Source: Daphnia carinata
Lineage: Eukaryota
NCBI RefSeq assembly: GCF_022539665.2
Contig: NC_081331.1
Coordinates: 14,074,001 to 14,138,000, forward strand
Length of the DNA: 64,000 bases
Direction: 5' to 3'
The notes beneath the pieces are model-generated. The model was not told where the DNA came from, made no database searches, and saw nothing but the letters and a program-made list of their open reading frames with translations. A program made the translations under genes and the position numbers. Positions 52,926 through 64,000 of the stretch are shown here, in pieces. Positions within the stretch are counted from its first letter, which is position 1. Every line of letters starts with the position of its first letter.

Positions 52926-53400
52926 TAAGTGAATAATGCCCTACCACATAATTGATCCAAGTGGCTTTCCCCCCTTGCATACCTACTCCATAATTTAATT
53001 TTTGAAATACAATTTTGAATCACAGTAATATTCACCATCAACATATTAGCATTGAAAAAGATATGGTGTACTAAATAACTCAATTTCTTCTCCTATAACA
53101 GCTGATTAAAGCTACCAGTCAGATCGAGTGTCGTTAAAGCTATGGAGTTACGGAAAAGGAAAACCACGACCTGCTACTAGTAAATCATTGAAATACATTT
53201 TCCATCAATGAAAACTAGCACAACATGAAATGCTGATTGAATTCCCGTAACTTTTGATTTTTAAAATTGGACGCATATCTTCTATACTTGTCGAAATGAT
53301 TTGCAAAACATTTCGGTACGTTGCTTGCATTTCTATTTAGACCACTTAGACCATATAAATTATGTGACATATCTTAAACGTTGAATCAAGTGCAGGAAAT

Positions 53401-54121
53401 CTAATAAATCTTGTAGCCCTTTCCGTTGAAGGGGATGTGGACAGGGGCGACGGGGAGTTCGTATTCATGGACGGGAGCGACAGGCAAGTGGTCACCTTTG
53501 GGTTGGAAACCGGCTTCATCAGCGGCCCAGGTGAGAGTGAATTTTTGGCCTTCAGGTGAAACCCAGTAGGAGGATCCTTTGTTGGTGTTGCCTAGGACTT
53601 CACCGTACGATTGTTTGCCGTAAGAATCGTAGGTGACTCCTTGCATCTTCTTCTGGACCTGAGACTCCTCACGGGTGGTGTAGTCTGACTGGGCATAGCT
53701 GTGGATTGAAAGAATTATAGTTTTTGAATGTGAATATCTTTGTTTCATAAATTAACGGTATAATGAATGGAATTCAGTTACCTCCACTGGCTGCTGCCAT
53801 CGAGATTGCGGACATCGGATTGGCTGACGATGGTGATCTCAGCGTATTTGTTATCCTTGTTGTAGCTTGGTGCGGGGTAGGCTGCTGCGGGATACGCTGG
53901 TGTGGAGTAGCTAGGGGCAGAGTAGCTAGGAGTAGGATAGCTTGGTTCAGGGTAGCTAGGAGCTTTGTATTCCGGCTTGTAGCTGGAAGGAGCGGCGGCA
54001 GCGATGGCCAAGAAAGCGGCGACGACGAACTGTCGAAGACATATTTCAAGGAATTTTTTTTAATCAAAAACTTTTTTCAGACAAAGCCAGAACAATTGAA
54101 ACAAAGTCTTACGAGCTTCAT
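53401..54121 (-). CDS. Cuticular protein RR-1-like, CPR-3
   Basis: Same structure; 5' half nearly identical to CPR-2. Confidence 0.92.
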
Positions 54122-54899
54122 GTTGTACTAGGTTGATTCGATAAACAACTGATGATTTTGGCCTTCCCTTCCCTGGCTTATATAGTCGAGCGAATGGTAA
54201 GTTTCATTCACCTGACCTAGTTTTTTGGCAGCTATTTTCCGTTCAAACAACATAACTCTGGGCGTTGTATAAGAATGCCGTCCTCTCACTTTCCACAATA
54301 GCCATATTGCGAATTCTTTTTCCTTGGCTGTAGAATGTTTTAGTTTTCATTGATTTCTTTTCCTGTGTATGGACAAGCTTCGGTTAAGTTTTATGGGCAA
54401 TTATTTGTTGTTTCGTTGTTTTAAAATTGTATTCCATCGCCTGTTATTGCAGTCTACTTTGCTGGAAATGGCAACCGTTTCACACATGGTGGGCTTTCTT
54501 TATAGGCTGTATATAAATACGACATATGAAAAACTCGCAGATTTCTGCATGCTAGCCCTAACAGAACTTGTTTTCGGAAATCAAGTAGAAAGGCTGGTTG
54601 TCTGTTCAATTCTGGGATGGGTATTAGATGGTAACAAAACCTTGTGAAGGATAAGCATCGGCATATTGTCTATTTGCTAGGTCCATTTGTCGAATACAAT
54701 CACTGCATTTCAAGACCCATGGCCTGGAATGCTACCCAGAAAAGTTAACCACCAAAAGGACGGTGATGATCACTTTCAAAAGTAGGTCAAGAAACAAAAT
54801 GAAATAGAAAACGCCACACCCAGTATTTCGTTGACCATAAAAACCCTGTGCGAAGGTAACAGAAGACATCAGTTGTTCACTTCTTCAACAACAATCAAC

Positions 54900-55598
54900 A
54901 TGCAACTAGTAAACAGCATTGCTTTTGATTTTATCGGTTTACAATTTCATTGTATTATTTTCTTTCTTTCATTTTCCTTTACGTAGTTGGTCATCGCTGC
55001 TTTCTTGGCCGTCGCTGCCGCTGCGCCTTCCAGCTACAAGCCGGAATACAAAGCTCCCAGCTACTCGGAACCAAGCTACTCCACACCAGCTTACTCCGCA
55101 CCAAGCTACAACAAGGATAACAAATACGCTGACATTACCATCACCAGCCAATCTGATGTCCGCAACCTCGACGGCAGCAGCCAGTGGAGGTATGTCAGTT
55201 TCATTTTTCATATTCATTAATTTAAGAATTAATAATAATTTTATTTTTTTTTAATGATTATTCTTTCAACCCACAGCTATGCTCAGTCAGACTACACCAC
55301 CCGTGAGGAGTCTCAGGTCCAGAAGAAGATGCAAGGAGTCACCTACGATTCTTACGGCAAAGAATCGTACGGTGAAGTCCTAGGCAACACCAACAAGGGA
55401 TCCTCTTACTGGGTTTCACCTGAAGGCCAGAAATTCACTCTCACCTGGGCCGCTGATGAAGCCGGTTTCCAACCCAAAGGTGACCACTTGCCCGTCGCCC
55501 CCGTCCATGAATACGAGCTCCCAGTTGCTCCCGTCCATGAATACGAGCTCCCTGTCGCCCCCGCTCTTCCTTATTCCCGCACCGGACTCGGTTATTAA
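54900..55598 (+). CDS. Cuticular protein RR-1-like, CPR-4 (head-to-head with CPR-3)
   Basis: MQL micro-exon at 54900, signal exon from 54987, R&R exon with duplicated PVAPVHEYEL and a distinct tail ALPYSRTGLGY. Confidence 0.92.
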
Positions 55599-55799
55599 CA
55601 TGCAAACGTTTCTTTAGGGTAATGTTGAAAAATTTGTACTGCACGAAGTATGCAAGTTTAATTTATTCACGCCAAATATACGCAAAAAAAAAAAAATAAT
55701 AATTTCAGCCGTTCAGTAGCATCGCATAAGTTTTAAAGGGAAAACGTTGGAGCACCTTATCGTTAAAATTTTATTTTGCGTTAAAAATAGAAAGAAACT

Positions 55800-56060
55800 C
55801 GTCGTGGAATCGAACGCGCGATAATAGAATAGCAGTCACATACTATAGCAGCATGCCACACCATTCATTTATATTTGAACAGTGGGTGCCGTTTCACAGT
55901 GGATGACTATCAAAGAAAATGTTGGTTTGAATGTGCGGTCCTGGCACAGTGGTTATCACCCACTCTTTGTATTCTGTCGGTCCCGGGTTCAAGTCCCGCC
56001 ACATCCAATTTCCAAGCCCTCCATTCCCTCCCGCCCCGCCCCGCCCCTCCCACCCACCCT
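55800..56060. mobile_element. tRNA-derived (SINE-like) element with two divergent A/B-box heads
   Basis: + strand: TGGCACAGTGG (55942-55952) and GGTTCAAGTCC (55986-55996). - strand: TGGCATGCTGC (55858-55848) and GTTCGATTCC (55815-55806). The + head has no pairing acceptor stem. C-rich tract follows. Boundaries unknown. Confidence 0.5.
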
Positions 56061-57710
56061 CCCGCCATCGTTCAAAATTCTTCACAACGGATTCGCCTTC
56101 TTCATCTCATTGGATTCGCAAGATTCTGCATCGTCATCGCATCAAGAATGAAGAAGAAGAAAGAAGAGCCATGCCTACTATAATGGGGCTAAATGGCACC
56201 ACACTAAAAAAATCACACTCACACACATCTACACGACAATTTAACACGCTTACAGACGTTTCATATCGATCTGTAGTACCGTTCACTACACGTTGAAGAT
56301 CGATTCACAAACTGAAGGTTGAGAAGAGGTAATCGTAGCTCGTAGGTTGTTCGTAAGCCTCCCCATGGCCACTAGGTTCATGGATGCAGGCAGCTAATAA
56401 TCGGGATATGTGACCCTCTTCGATACCCGTAAGTTTTTGTTGTTTCCTTCGTCACCTGGCCTTCTTCTTCTCCGACTACCGACTGATGCTGCAAGCTATC
56501 ACGAACGATCAAATGATCCCTAAAAGGCAATCTGAAAGTTGGCCAAAATACAACAAGGCTGCAGCAATATCACACGCTAATCACAAATTTCAATGAATCT
56601 GGTAAAAGCTAGGGAAATAGTGAAAAGACAGCACAGGAAGTGGGACAAACCTGTTAGTATATTAATGTGGAAATTGTGTGGAGTGAAAACTTGTATACTG
56701 GGTCATCTTGTGAGATCGGCTTGATAGAAATTTTTCTTGAAATATGAACGGACAAACATTTCGTTCGCTGTGATGCGTGAAAGCCTCTTACACTCAACGA
56801 ATAGTGATGTCCTTTTGTCGGCTTTTTGTTTCTTCTGTTTTCTTTTTTTCCATTTCATATTGTGGTCCTATCAGAGTTCCGATGGCAAACGCGTTCAAAA
56901 GAAGACGAAATTCACATCGAGAGATGAAAGTGCGGCTTTTTGAATAATTCACGGCTCGTTAAACAGCGGCCTGCACGCCAGACTCTTGGTGATTTGATGT
57001 GTTTCTGCTACATCTTTGATTGTACAGACATCAGATAGAAGCTCTATCGCGTGCAGTTCAACGTTCCATTAACTTAATCTCGAGGTACGAAATAATAAGC
57101 GGCTTAAGAAATGAAAGATAATATCGTAACTAAATATTTTGAATAAAACTGGCTAACAGGAAGATGGTGTCCTATTCGATGATAAACGTTCCGTGATCTA
57201 GTTATAGGAATTTTCACCCATTTCCATTGGGCGTTTCTCTGTAAAGAGAACATTGTTATACTGCCAACTACGTCCCATCGGCAGATATTAACTGTTAGTT
57301 TAAAAAGTAGAGTGGTAGCAAAGGCGAAACAGCTGACGGTGCGCTTTCATCTTCTTCTTCGTCTCATAAGAAACGGCTGATATCATTTGGTTTGGGACAA
57401 TAGTGAGACTATAAGGAGACGATTTTGTGGGCACGTAACACATCGTTTTGTTTCGCAGCCCAAGACAAAACATCCCACCCAATGGGAAACTGGATTTCCT
57501 ATTGAAACGAAGAGAAACCGACCATCATTTTTACGCTGTAGGACATTTGCTCAGCAAGTTTTCGTTTACGGAAAAAAAAAACTATTTATACAAGTAAAGC
57601 AAGCTCGTTCTTTTCAGTTTCCTCTGTACACTCCATCGTGCTTCTTCTGTTCTCCGCCAACATCCGTATATTGACATCGTAGGCCACTGTGTGCCGAAGC
57701 GACTAGAAGG

Positions 57711-59999
57711 ATGTCGTCGTTAGTGGCGACTGTTTTGCTGGTTCTGCTCATATCATCCAGCATCAATTCGTCTGCAGTTTCCTCAACCCCAACGTACGGA
57801 CAAGATGTCATTACTATTACACATCAAAAACAATTGCAACGACAATCCAGGGCACCCGATGTTGCCCCCATCGAAGATTCTTATTTAGAGGCTCTGAAAC
57901 ATTCACGGGGCAGTCACAACAAAGGCCCTACTCCAACATTCCATCATCACCCGCATGCAAATCCTCATGAAAGTCATTCACATGGAGTCATTCAAGACAC
58001 AGGCCACCAATTGCACGCACACTTTCATCCTGAAACACCAACGTACGAATACTCATCGACGAGCAGACCGTTATCAGCAATGGAGAAAAACTATTTGAAA
58101 CCGAAAAAAACGCCAATGTTCGATGTAAAAGATGTAGATCAATCGACAGAAGAGGAACAATCAGAAGAAGACGAACAGTCGGAAGAGTGGATCGAATCCG
58201 ACGCTAGTACACAATTTGTCCACATAATCAGACGTCCACATAACAATGCCGCATCTGTTCGTTCTGCGTACTCAACGTACTCAGCCAACTTGGTCAATGC
58301 AATGAACACGAAACGCAATGACATCAAGACCGTGGAGCTGATAGATAACAAGAGCGATGAGAAACAAACGAACCGGATTGCGACTAAACACAAACAGATT
58401 TTAATCAAATTACCTGAATCGATGGAACTTATTACAAACAAGGCTGCTAGCGTCTTTAGAAATGGAATGAAGAACGTCGGATCTAGAGTTAACATGTTGA
58501 ACAGTTTGGCAAACAGAGTCAACACATGGTTGCCGGCTGTAAATGCAGTGGGTCGCAGGAAGAAACGCTCCGTGTCCGATGAGGAGAATTACAACGAAAA
58601 CGACATCAAAAAGCGACAATCAAGAAATGACGCTAACAAAATGTCCACCACCAATAACCGGCCTTTACGATTTCAGTTCCAAAAGTTGTCACCCAATTCT
58701 AAAAAGACTTTTGCGCGTTCATCCGAAAAACGATTGGCTAGCTCCAAGTATCAAAACTCGAAAACTACCAAATTGAAGCACGTACTGCCCTGGTTCTATT
58801 CCGTGTTTTCCAGAAACCAAAAGACAACGACAAGTCGAGAAGCAGATGACGCTGAATCCCACGAAAACTTGCTGGATAAAAGTGACAGTAATCTTACCAC
58901 ATCCTTCAAATCATCTTCTGATAATACGCAAAACGTTAAAGATATCCTTTTAAGCAAACAAGGCTCTGCACATGTCGATCATTCAAAGTTCACTCATGGC
59001 CACGGTATCATCGTTCCATCCGTTCCTGCAACGAGTTCCGATACTGTTATTAAAGATACTGTCACTCCCGGTATCGTGTCACAATCGAACGATCTGTCGC
59101 CTTACACTCACGGTCACGGTATTGTTGTCCCCAATGAACCATTAATAAATATTCCGTCTATAGGAGAGTCTTCGCTCGTATCAGACGTCGTTGAAAATCA
59201 CAACATCCTGGCCGGTTTTATCAACGGAACGGGCCCCAATTCCTCGTTGTCTACATCAAATCTACTTGGCGATCATAATATTATCGAAACAGACGCGAGC
59301 ATTTCACCTGTTGATTCTCTCATTGCAAGCCTCGACGGCCCTGTTTTAACAACAGGCGTCTTTGAAGATGAAATAGATTTGGCATTGGATGATTTAGAAT
59401 CATTGATGACGGATATCGTCATCGCTCCGCTTCAAGTGGAACCTGTCGTGGCTGAGGAGGGTAGTTCAAACGAAACTATTGTGGAATCACCAGACTCATC
59501 CGATGCTGTCATCATCGAGGCCGCCGAAGGCAATCAGCCGGCTTCCATTCCTGTTGTTTCTAACTTGGCTCACCTTCTGGTTGCCTCTTCCGGCAGTAGT
59601 TCATCATCGTCCAGCTCATCTTCATCAAGCGGATCCATTAGCAGCGGAGGCGTAACTGGTGGAGATACATCTGCCGTATCCATCAATCCATTCCCGTTGA
59701 TCTACACCATCGGATTGGCTGCCATTGGCATCTTTGTTTTGACGTTGCCCATTTGGATTCCGTTTGTCGTTGCCAGGATGAGGAAAGGCCGGAATTCAAT
59801 TAGTCGTCGCAGTCCGTTTGTTTTCCCGATAGGATCAATTAATAATGACGCGGAATTTCATTCCTATTCCACCTTGTTACGCCAGTTAACGCCGTCTGAT
59901 GATTCATTAGATAATCCAGGACCATTGAATGCTGAGGATTTATACGGACCTACGCACACCAATTATTTTGACAGAAAAGCAGCACGTCGTCGACGATAA
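57711..59999 (+). CDS. HGHG family paralog 2 (762 aa, single coding exon)
   Basis: Signal peptide, EDSYLEAL, His-rich tract, WLPAVNAVGRRKKRS (RRKKR at 58554-58568), two THGHGI motifs, poly-Ser stalk, TM, NPGPL..E.LYG tail; collinear with paralog 1. Confidence 0.88.
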   Translation: MSSLVATVLLVLLISSSINSSAVSSTPTYGQDVITITHQKQLQRQSRAPDVAPIEDSYLEALKHSRGSHNKGPTPTFHHHPHANPHESHSHGVIQDTGHQLHAHFHPETPTYEYSSTSRPLSAMEKNYLKPKKTPMFDVKDVDQSTEEEQSEEDEQSEEWIESDASTQFVHIIRRPHNNAASVRSAYSTYSANLVNAMNTKRNDIKTVELIDNKSDEKQTNRIATKHKQILIKLPESMELITNKAASVFRNGMKNVGSRVNMLNSLANRVNTWLPAVNAVGRRKKRSVSDEENYNENDIKKRQSRNDANKMSTTNNRPLRFQFQKLSPNSKKTFARSSEKRLASSKYQNSKTTKLKHVLPWFYSVFSRNQKTTTSREADDAESHENLLDKSDSNLTTSFKSSSDNTQNVKDILLSKQGSAHVDHSKFTHGHGIIVPSVPATSSDTVIKDTVTPGIVSQSNDLSPYTHGHGIVVPNEPLINIPSIGESSLVSDVVENHNILAGFINGTGPNSSLSTSNLLGDHNIIETDASISPVDSLIASLDGPVLTTGVFEDEIDLALDDLESLMTDIVIAPLQVEPVVAEEGSSNETIVESPDSSDAVIIEAAEGNQPASIPVVSNLAHLLVASSGSSSSSSSSSSSSGSISSGGVTGGDTSAVSINPFPLIYTIGLAAIGIFVLTLPIWIPFVVARMRKGRNSISRRSPFVFPIGSINNDAEFHSYSTLLRQLTPSDDSLDNPGPLNAEDLYGPTHTNYFDRKAARRRR

Positions 60000-62525
60000 A
60001 CAATAATCCTAGCACAGAAAGATAAGAGATCGATTTATTCTTTCTACTACCCACTACCATGTCCAACTGTAATCATTAGACTTCATTAACGGATGTATTT
60101 ATGCTTACCCCTGATAACACTACGCGAACCATAACTATAAGACTTTGACATGGCTGTTTATTTATTCCAACGGAAAAAGGCTATTCCTTTTTTATATAAA
60201 CAATTTGTCTCCAGTGTACCTCTTCATTGATTTGTCCTTGAGTTGGAATGGTTGGAAAACGTTTTTCTTGTGAACGTAATTCCCGAGGTGCACTTTTCTC
60301 ACCAGCAGGGAAGGCTAAAGGCTGCTGCAACGATGATTGTTAAAGTTTCGTTTCAAATGGAGTTAAATCGATACTGGTGTCTGCGAACTGAGGGGAAACC
60401 CACGTTCATCAATCTACCATTTGACAGGTTGAATTCTATATCGCTAAGGTGTGTCCCACCTGAAGAGCAACCGTAATCAGACCGGAGAGACGATGCAACA
60501 GTAAATTACTGTTACTTTCAGTGATTAAGGCTGAATATAGAGAGTGAAACGGTGATTTGTTGTTGTTACAGATGTTGTGGACGGCAAACGGCCTCCATTT
60601 CGATGGAATGAGTCATGGAATTTTAGGTACAGTGACGTAACTAAACGTACAAAATCATTGATCGTTTAGCGTGCAACAGTTATCCAGCGAACGGAAATCA
60701 CCAGATGTCCATTTGTGATTCGATTATGCAAACTACCTTATAAAATTGTGAAAAAAAATATAATTAAGCTGTTCGAATGTATAGTGATGGCTCCAGAAAG
60801 GCTTGTCGTCATGACTCTATCGCTTTATTTTGATAAAAGAGCCATCTCGCTCCTAGCAGGTGAATTTTCTTTTCCCATTGCCTATCACAATGTTCTATTT
60901 CAGCTCAAATAGTCGTGCAAAATAAGTGTGTCAACACTGAGTCCTTTGGTTTATTCGTGCTACTCCCTAATACAGCTTACGAGGAAGTGTAAAAACGTTG
61001 TTTTCATTTTTATTGCTAAATTTTGCTTAATAATCATGACACGAAAATCATCGCCAGTCCTGATATTCTTTATTGCTTTCAGAACACCACCGTGAAACCC
61101 ACTGAAACAGTATCTGTTGCAGTTTAGGCAACGAAATGGCCATATGGTGGAAATATGTTTGAAATATCCAGAGGACAACAAGGAACCAAGTCTACAATGT
61201 AAGAGAAATCGGGTTGTCGTTAACGACAAACAAAAGGTTACCGTGTACAACGATATTTTAATGTTGATATTATATCCATTCGCAAAATAGAAAACAATAA
61301 TTCATTAATTAATAAACTAAACTACCGTAAGGAAATTGTCGCGTGAAAGTAAAGTTAACGCATTCGTATGACGTCAGAAAGAAGAAATTGCCAAGTTGAT
61401 ACAGAGATATACGTTTTGTTTATTTGTGATTCGAAAGTAGGGCCTACACCACCCTACACCTGCTGCGATATCTAACGTGAACCTAGTGTTTGTACTTTTA
61501 GGGAAATTGTTGAAGAATTAAAACAATAGGAAGTGGAACGGGTTTGTTAGCATTAATTGGGCAATTGTGAGACTAAACACGTACAACATTGGGTCGTATT
61601 CTGATAGGGGCATTGAAAGCAGCTTATTCTTATAAACTAGGCTATATGAGCGCTCATCATTAGAGTGGTTTATTTATAGGAAATGTTGTGTATAACAAAA
61701 ATTAGTACGCACAGTTTCACTCCATTCTTTACGTAAGTGTAACCCTTTGCGTTTCTACTATCGCATGCACCAGTCTGCAGGTGGTGTGAATGAGGGAAAG
61801 GAACACTGGCGCCGATCATAACAATTGTTTATACCTGCATTCAACAACAGCCATCAGCGAATCTATTTTTCTCTCTGCTATTCTAAAATTAGCTAGCAAA
61901 AAAAAATGTAGGTAGGGGAATCATGGAAGTGACGATTAAATTGTGTCCCCTGTATGATCTAGATTTTTGCTTTTACATTTACAGCACATTTTCTTTTACC
62001 ACTTACATCCTTTTTCTTCTTGGCTTTTGCTGCTATTTTGGTCTATTCAATTACTTTATTTTCGCACTCGTCGTCCCCATTTTGATCCTCTTGTTTTACA
62101 AGATTAACATCAGCTCTATACCACATAAAAATGACGCATCTTTATGTCTTATACATGCAAAGAAACGCATGGCTTGTCTTTGGGATTGAGATACGTCTCG
62201 TTGAGCAAAAAATTGCCGCACCGTGCAGTGTACCATTGTCGTTCCGTTTATGACTTGTAATATTTATGATTATACCGTGGTCGTCTAGTATAAGTATTGG
62301 ATTGGACCTAGGCCTACTATAGTGGAACGTTCCGCTGACCCAGTATCCCACAACATCTTCAATTGTATGCGCGTGTGGGTAATCGGCACTTTTGGCCAGC
62401 AGTGCTGGACAATGTTTAGCGCGCTAGAGTGTGTAATACGCTGGCGAGGCGGTTCTCTCTTACATACCAACAGAATAAAGAGGAACGACTTTCGGCCGCT
62501 ATCTTTTTTTTTGTTTAACCCACTG

Positions 62526-62562
62526 TATAAAAGTGACGAGCCGCTGGCTAGCCATTTCAGTC
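62526..62562 (+). promoter_or_regulatory. TATA + Inr core promoter of HGHG paralog 3
   Basis: TATAAAAGTGACGAGCCGCTGGCTAGCCATTTCAGTC, homologous to 31774-31810. Confidence 0.7.
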
Positions 62563-63508
62563 TTTCAGTGTCTTATCTCTGGCGCTAATCGTTCGTTACG
62601 GCTCTTCTTTTGCTTCATCATCGCACTGACTCTCGGCCGCCTTTTGCTTGAAAACAGAGTGGCTAGACCAGAGTGCAAATCTACATTGTTCTTTCGTCGG
62701 CTTGACTTTAAAGAAAAACAACAACAAAGAAGTGTTTAGAAGGCGGAAAGAAAAGTGATCTTGGTTATTGTTCTGTTGCAGTTCTACTTTTCATTTGAGC
62801 GTCAAACTTGCTCAACACTTCCCGCTAGTATATATACACGAAAAGGACGTTGGCAACTCGCAGCAATCTGTAATTACACAAGATAATAAGAGAATCATCA
62901 GAGATATTGAAAAGATCCCTTCTACTGGACTGCACATTTTCAAGGACTAAGAGGAGAACCGGAACTGAACCGCATCCAGCTGTGTTGGGTAAGTTTTTCT
63001 TTTCAGAATCAAACAGTTACGTCCTAATTAAGGGATCAAGCGAAACAAATTATTCAGTAAAGTAAAAAGAAATTCCTAACTTGGAACCGAAAGGACAGTT
63101 ACTGACTTTGCCAGACTTCCTTTTGCTTGGTGTTACAAGGTACATCGGTGTACAGTATTGTGAACAAGCACCGTACAGTGCAATTGACAACAAAATCACG
63201 TGATTGCAGCTGTCCATTGTTTCGCAGACTCAGCTGGGCAAACCAAGAACTGAAGAAAACGAAAGAAACAAGTCCACTGTCTGATTCCAGTTTGCATTTT
63301 CAGGTAGTGTCACAATAGCCCAACTTGTTGCAGATTGTTTTTGTGTGATTGTGAATGACCTCTCATCCGTTGTTTTGCAGGAAAAAAACGGGATACGATG
63401 TACTCCATGTCAAAATTGTAGCCCTAAAAAAACGAAACACTTCAAATCAATAGAAAGTCTAATAACGCAAAGGATCGTCAACGTTCCTCCGGCAGGAGGT
63501 TATACAAA

Positions 63509-64000
63509 ATGGTGTCGTTAATAGCGATGATCGTCGTTGTCCTGTTGCTGTCCGGGCCACAGATGGCCTCCGCGGCACCAATTCGAGAACACAGAAGTAT
63601 ACAAACGTTTACACATTTTAATGTCTATAGAAAAAAAAAAGTGTTAACACACGAGTCGTTTAGAATGTTGATCTCTTTAGTTCTTCTTAACATTTGTACG
63701 GTTCGTTTTTTGCAGCAGCTGGTGGACAAAACGAAGACAGTTTGAAATTAGAAGTTGACAGCAATTTAGCCGAGGATTGGACGGAACGGAAATATCCACC
63801 ACCCATCGGCGATGTCGACACGACACATAAATACACTCACGGTCACGGTATCGTGACTCATTCCCAACAAGAGCCTTTGCTAATATCGGACGCTATCGTT
63901 CAGCACAGCGTCCTAACAGACCAAGAGGAACTGGATTCAACGATCAATGATTTGCTGTCCCAACTGCAAACGGATTTGACTACCGGTTTAGTATCAACTG
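63509..64000 (+). CDS. HGHG family paralog 3 (5' part; runs off the window)
   Basis: Signal exon 63509-63596, phase-1 intron as in paralog 1, exon from 63716 or 63719 reading ...DTTHKYTHGHGIVTH...EELDSTINDLLSQLQTDLTTGLVST (paralog 1: EELDSTLDDLITQLQANMTTGLVST). Confidence 0.82.

Larger units (their letters stand above)
39330..55600. repeat. Tandem array of about 5-kb units (CPR relic, family-X' relic, family-X gene, CPR gene)
   Basis: Three collinear units at about 39330-43900, 43900-49130 and 49900-54400, plus a terminal inverted CPR gene. Intergenic blocks align by eye. Confidence 0.85.

Noticed and set aside
55935..56006. Functional tRNA gene
   Set aside because: A/B boxes and a partial T-stem are present but the acceptor stem does not pair.

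Overview
Eukaryotic, intron-rich arthropod DNA; gene content, short GT-AG introns and cuticle-protein style point to a cladoceran such as Daphnia (inference, no search run). All gene models were spliced by hand. (1) 0.8-21.5 kb: two paralogous 9-exon ionotropic receptor (IR) genes on + flank an intronless orphan ORF and four minus-strand Kunitz inhibitor genes carrying 16 Kunitz domains in total, one a large Kunitz/VWC mosaic. (2) 21.5-31.7 kb: long, apparently non-coding stretch. (3) 31.8-64 kb: three paralogs of an unrecognised single-pass membrane family with [KP][YF]THGHGI motifs (furin site in the two complete members). Between paralogs 1 and 2 lies a tandem array of about 5-kb units holding RR-type cuticular protein genes, an unrecognised secreted family with a hypervariable Cys module, pseudogenes and a chimeric cuticle-gene relic, followed by a back-to-back tRNA-like element. 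The best candidate for an undescribed system is this putative moult-regulated cuticle locus; its function is inferred, not shown.
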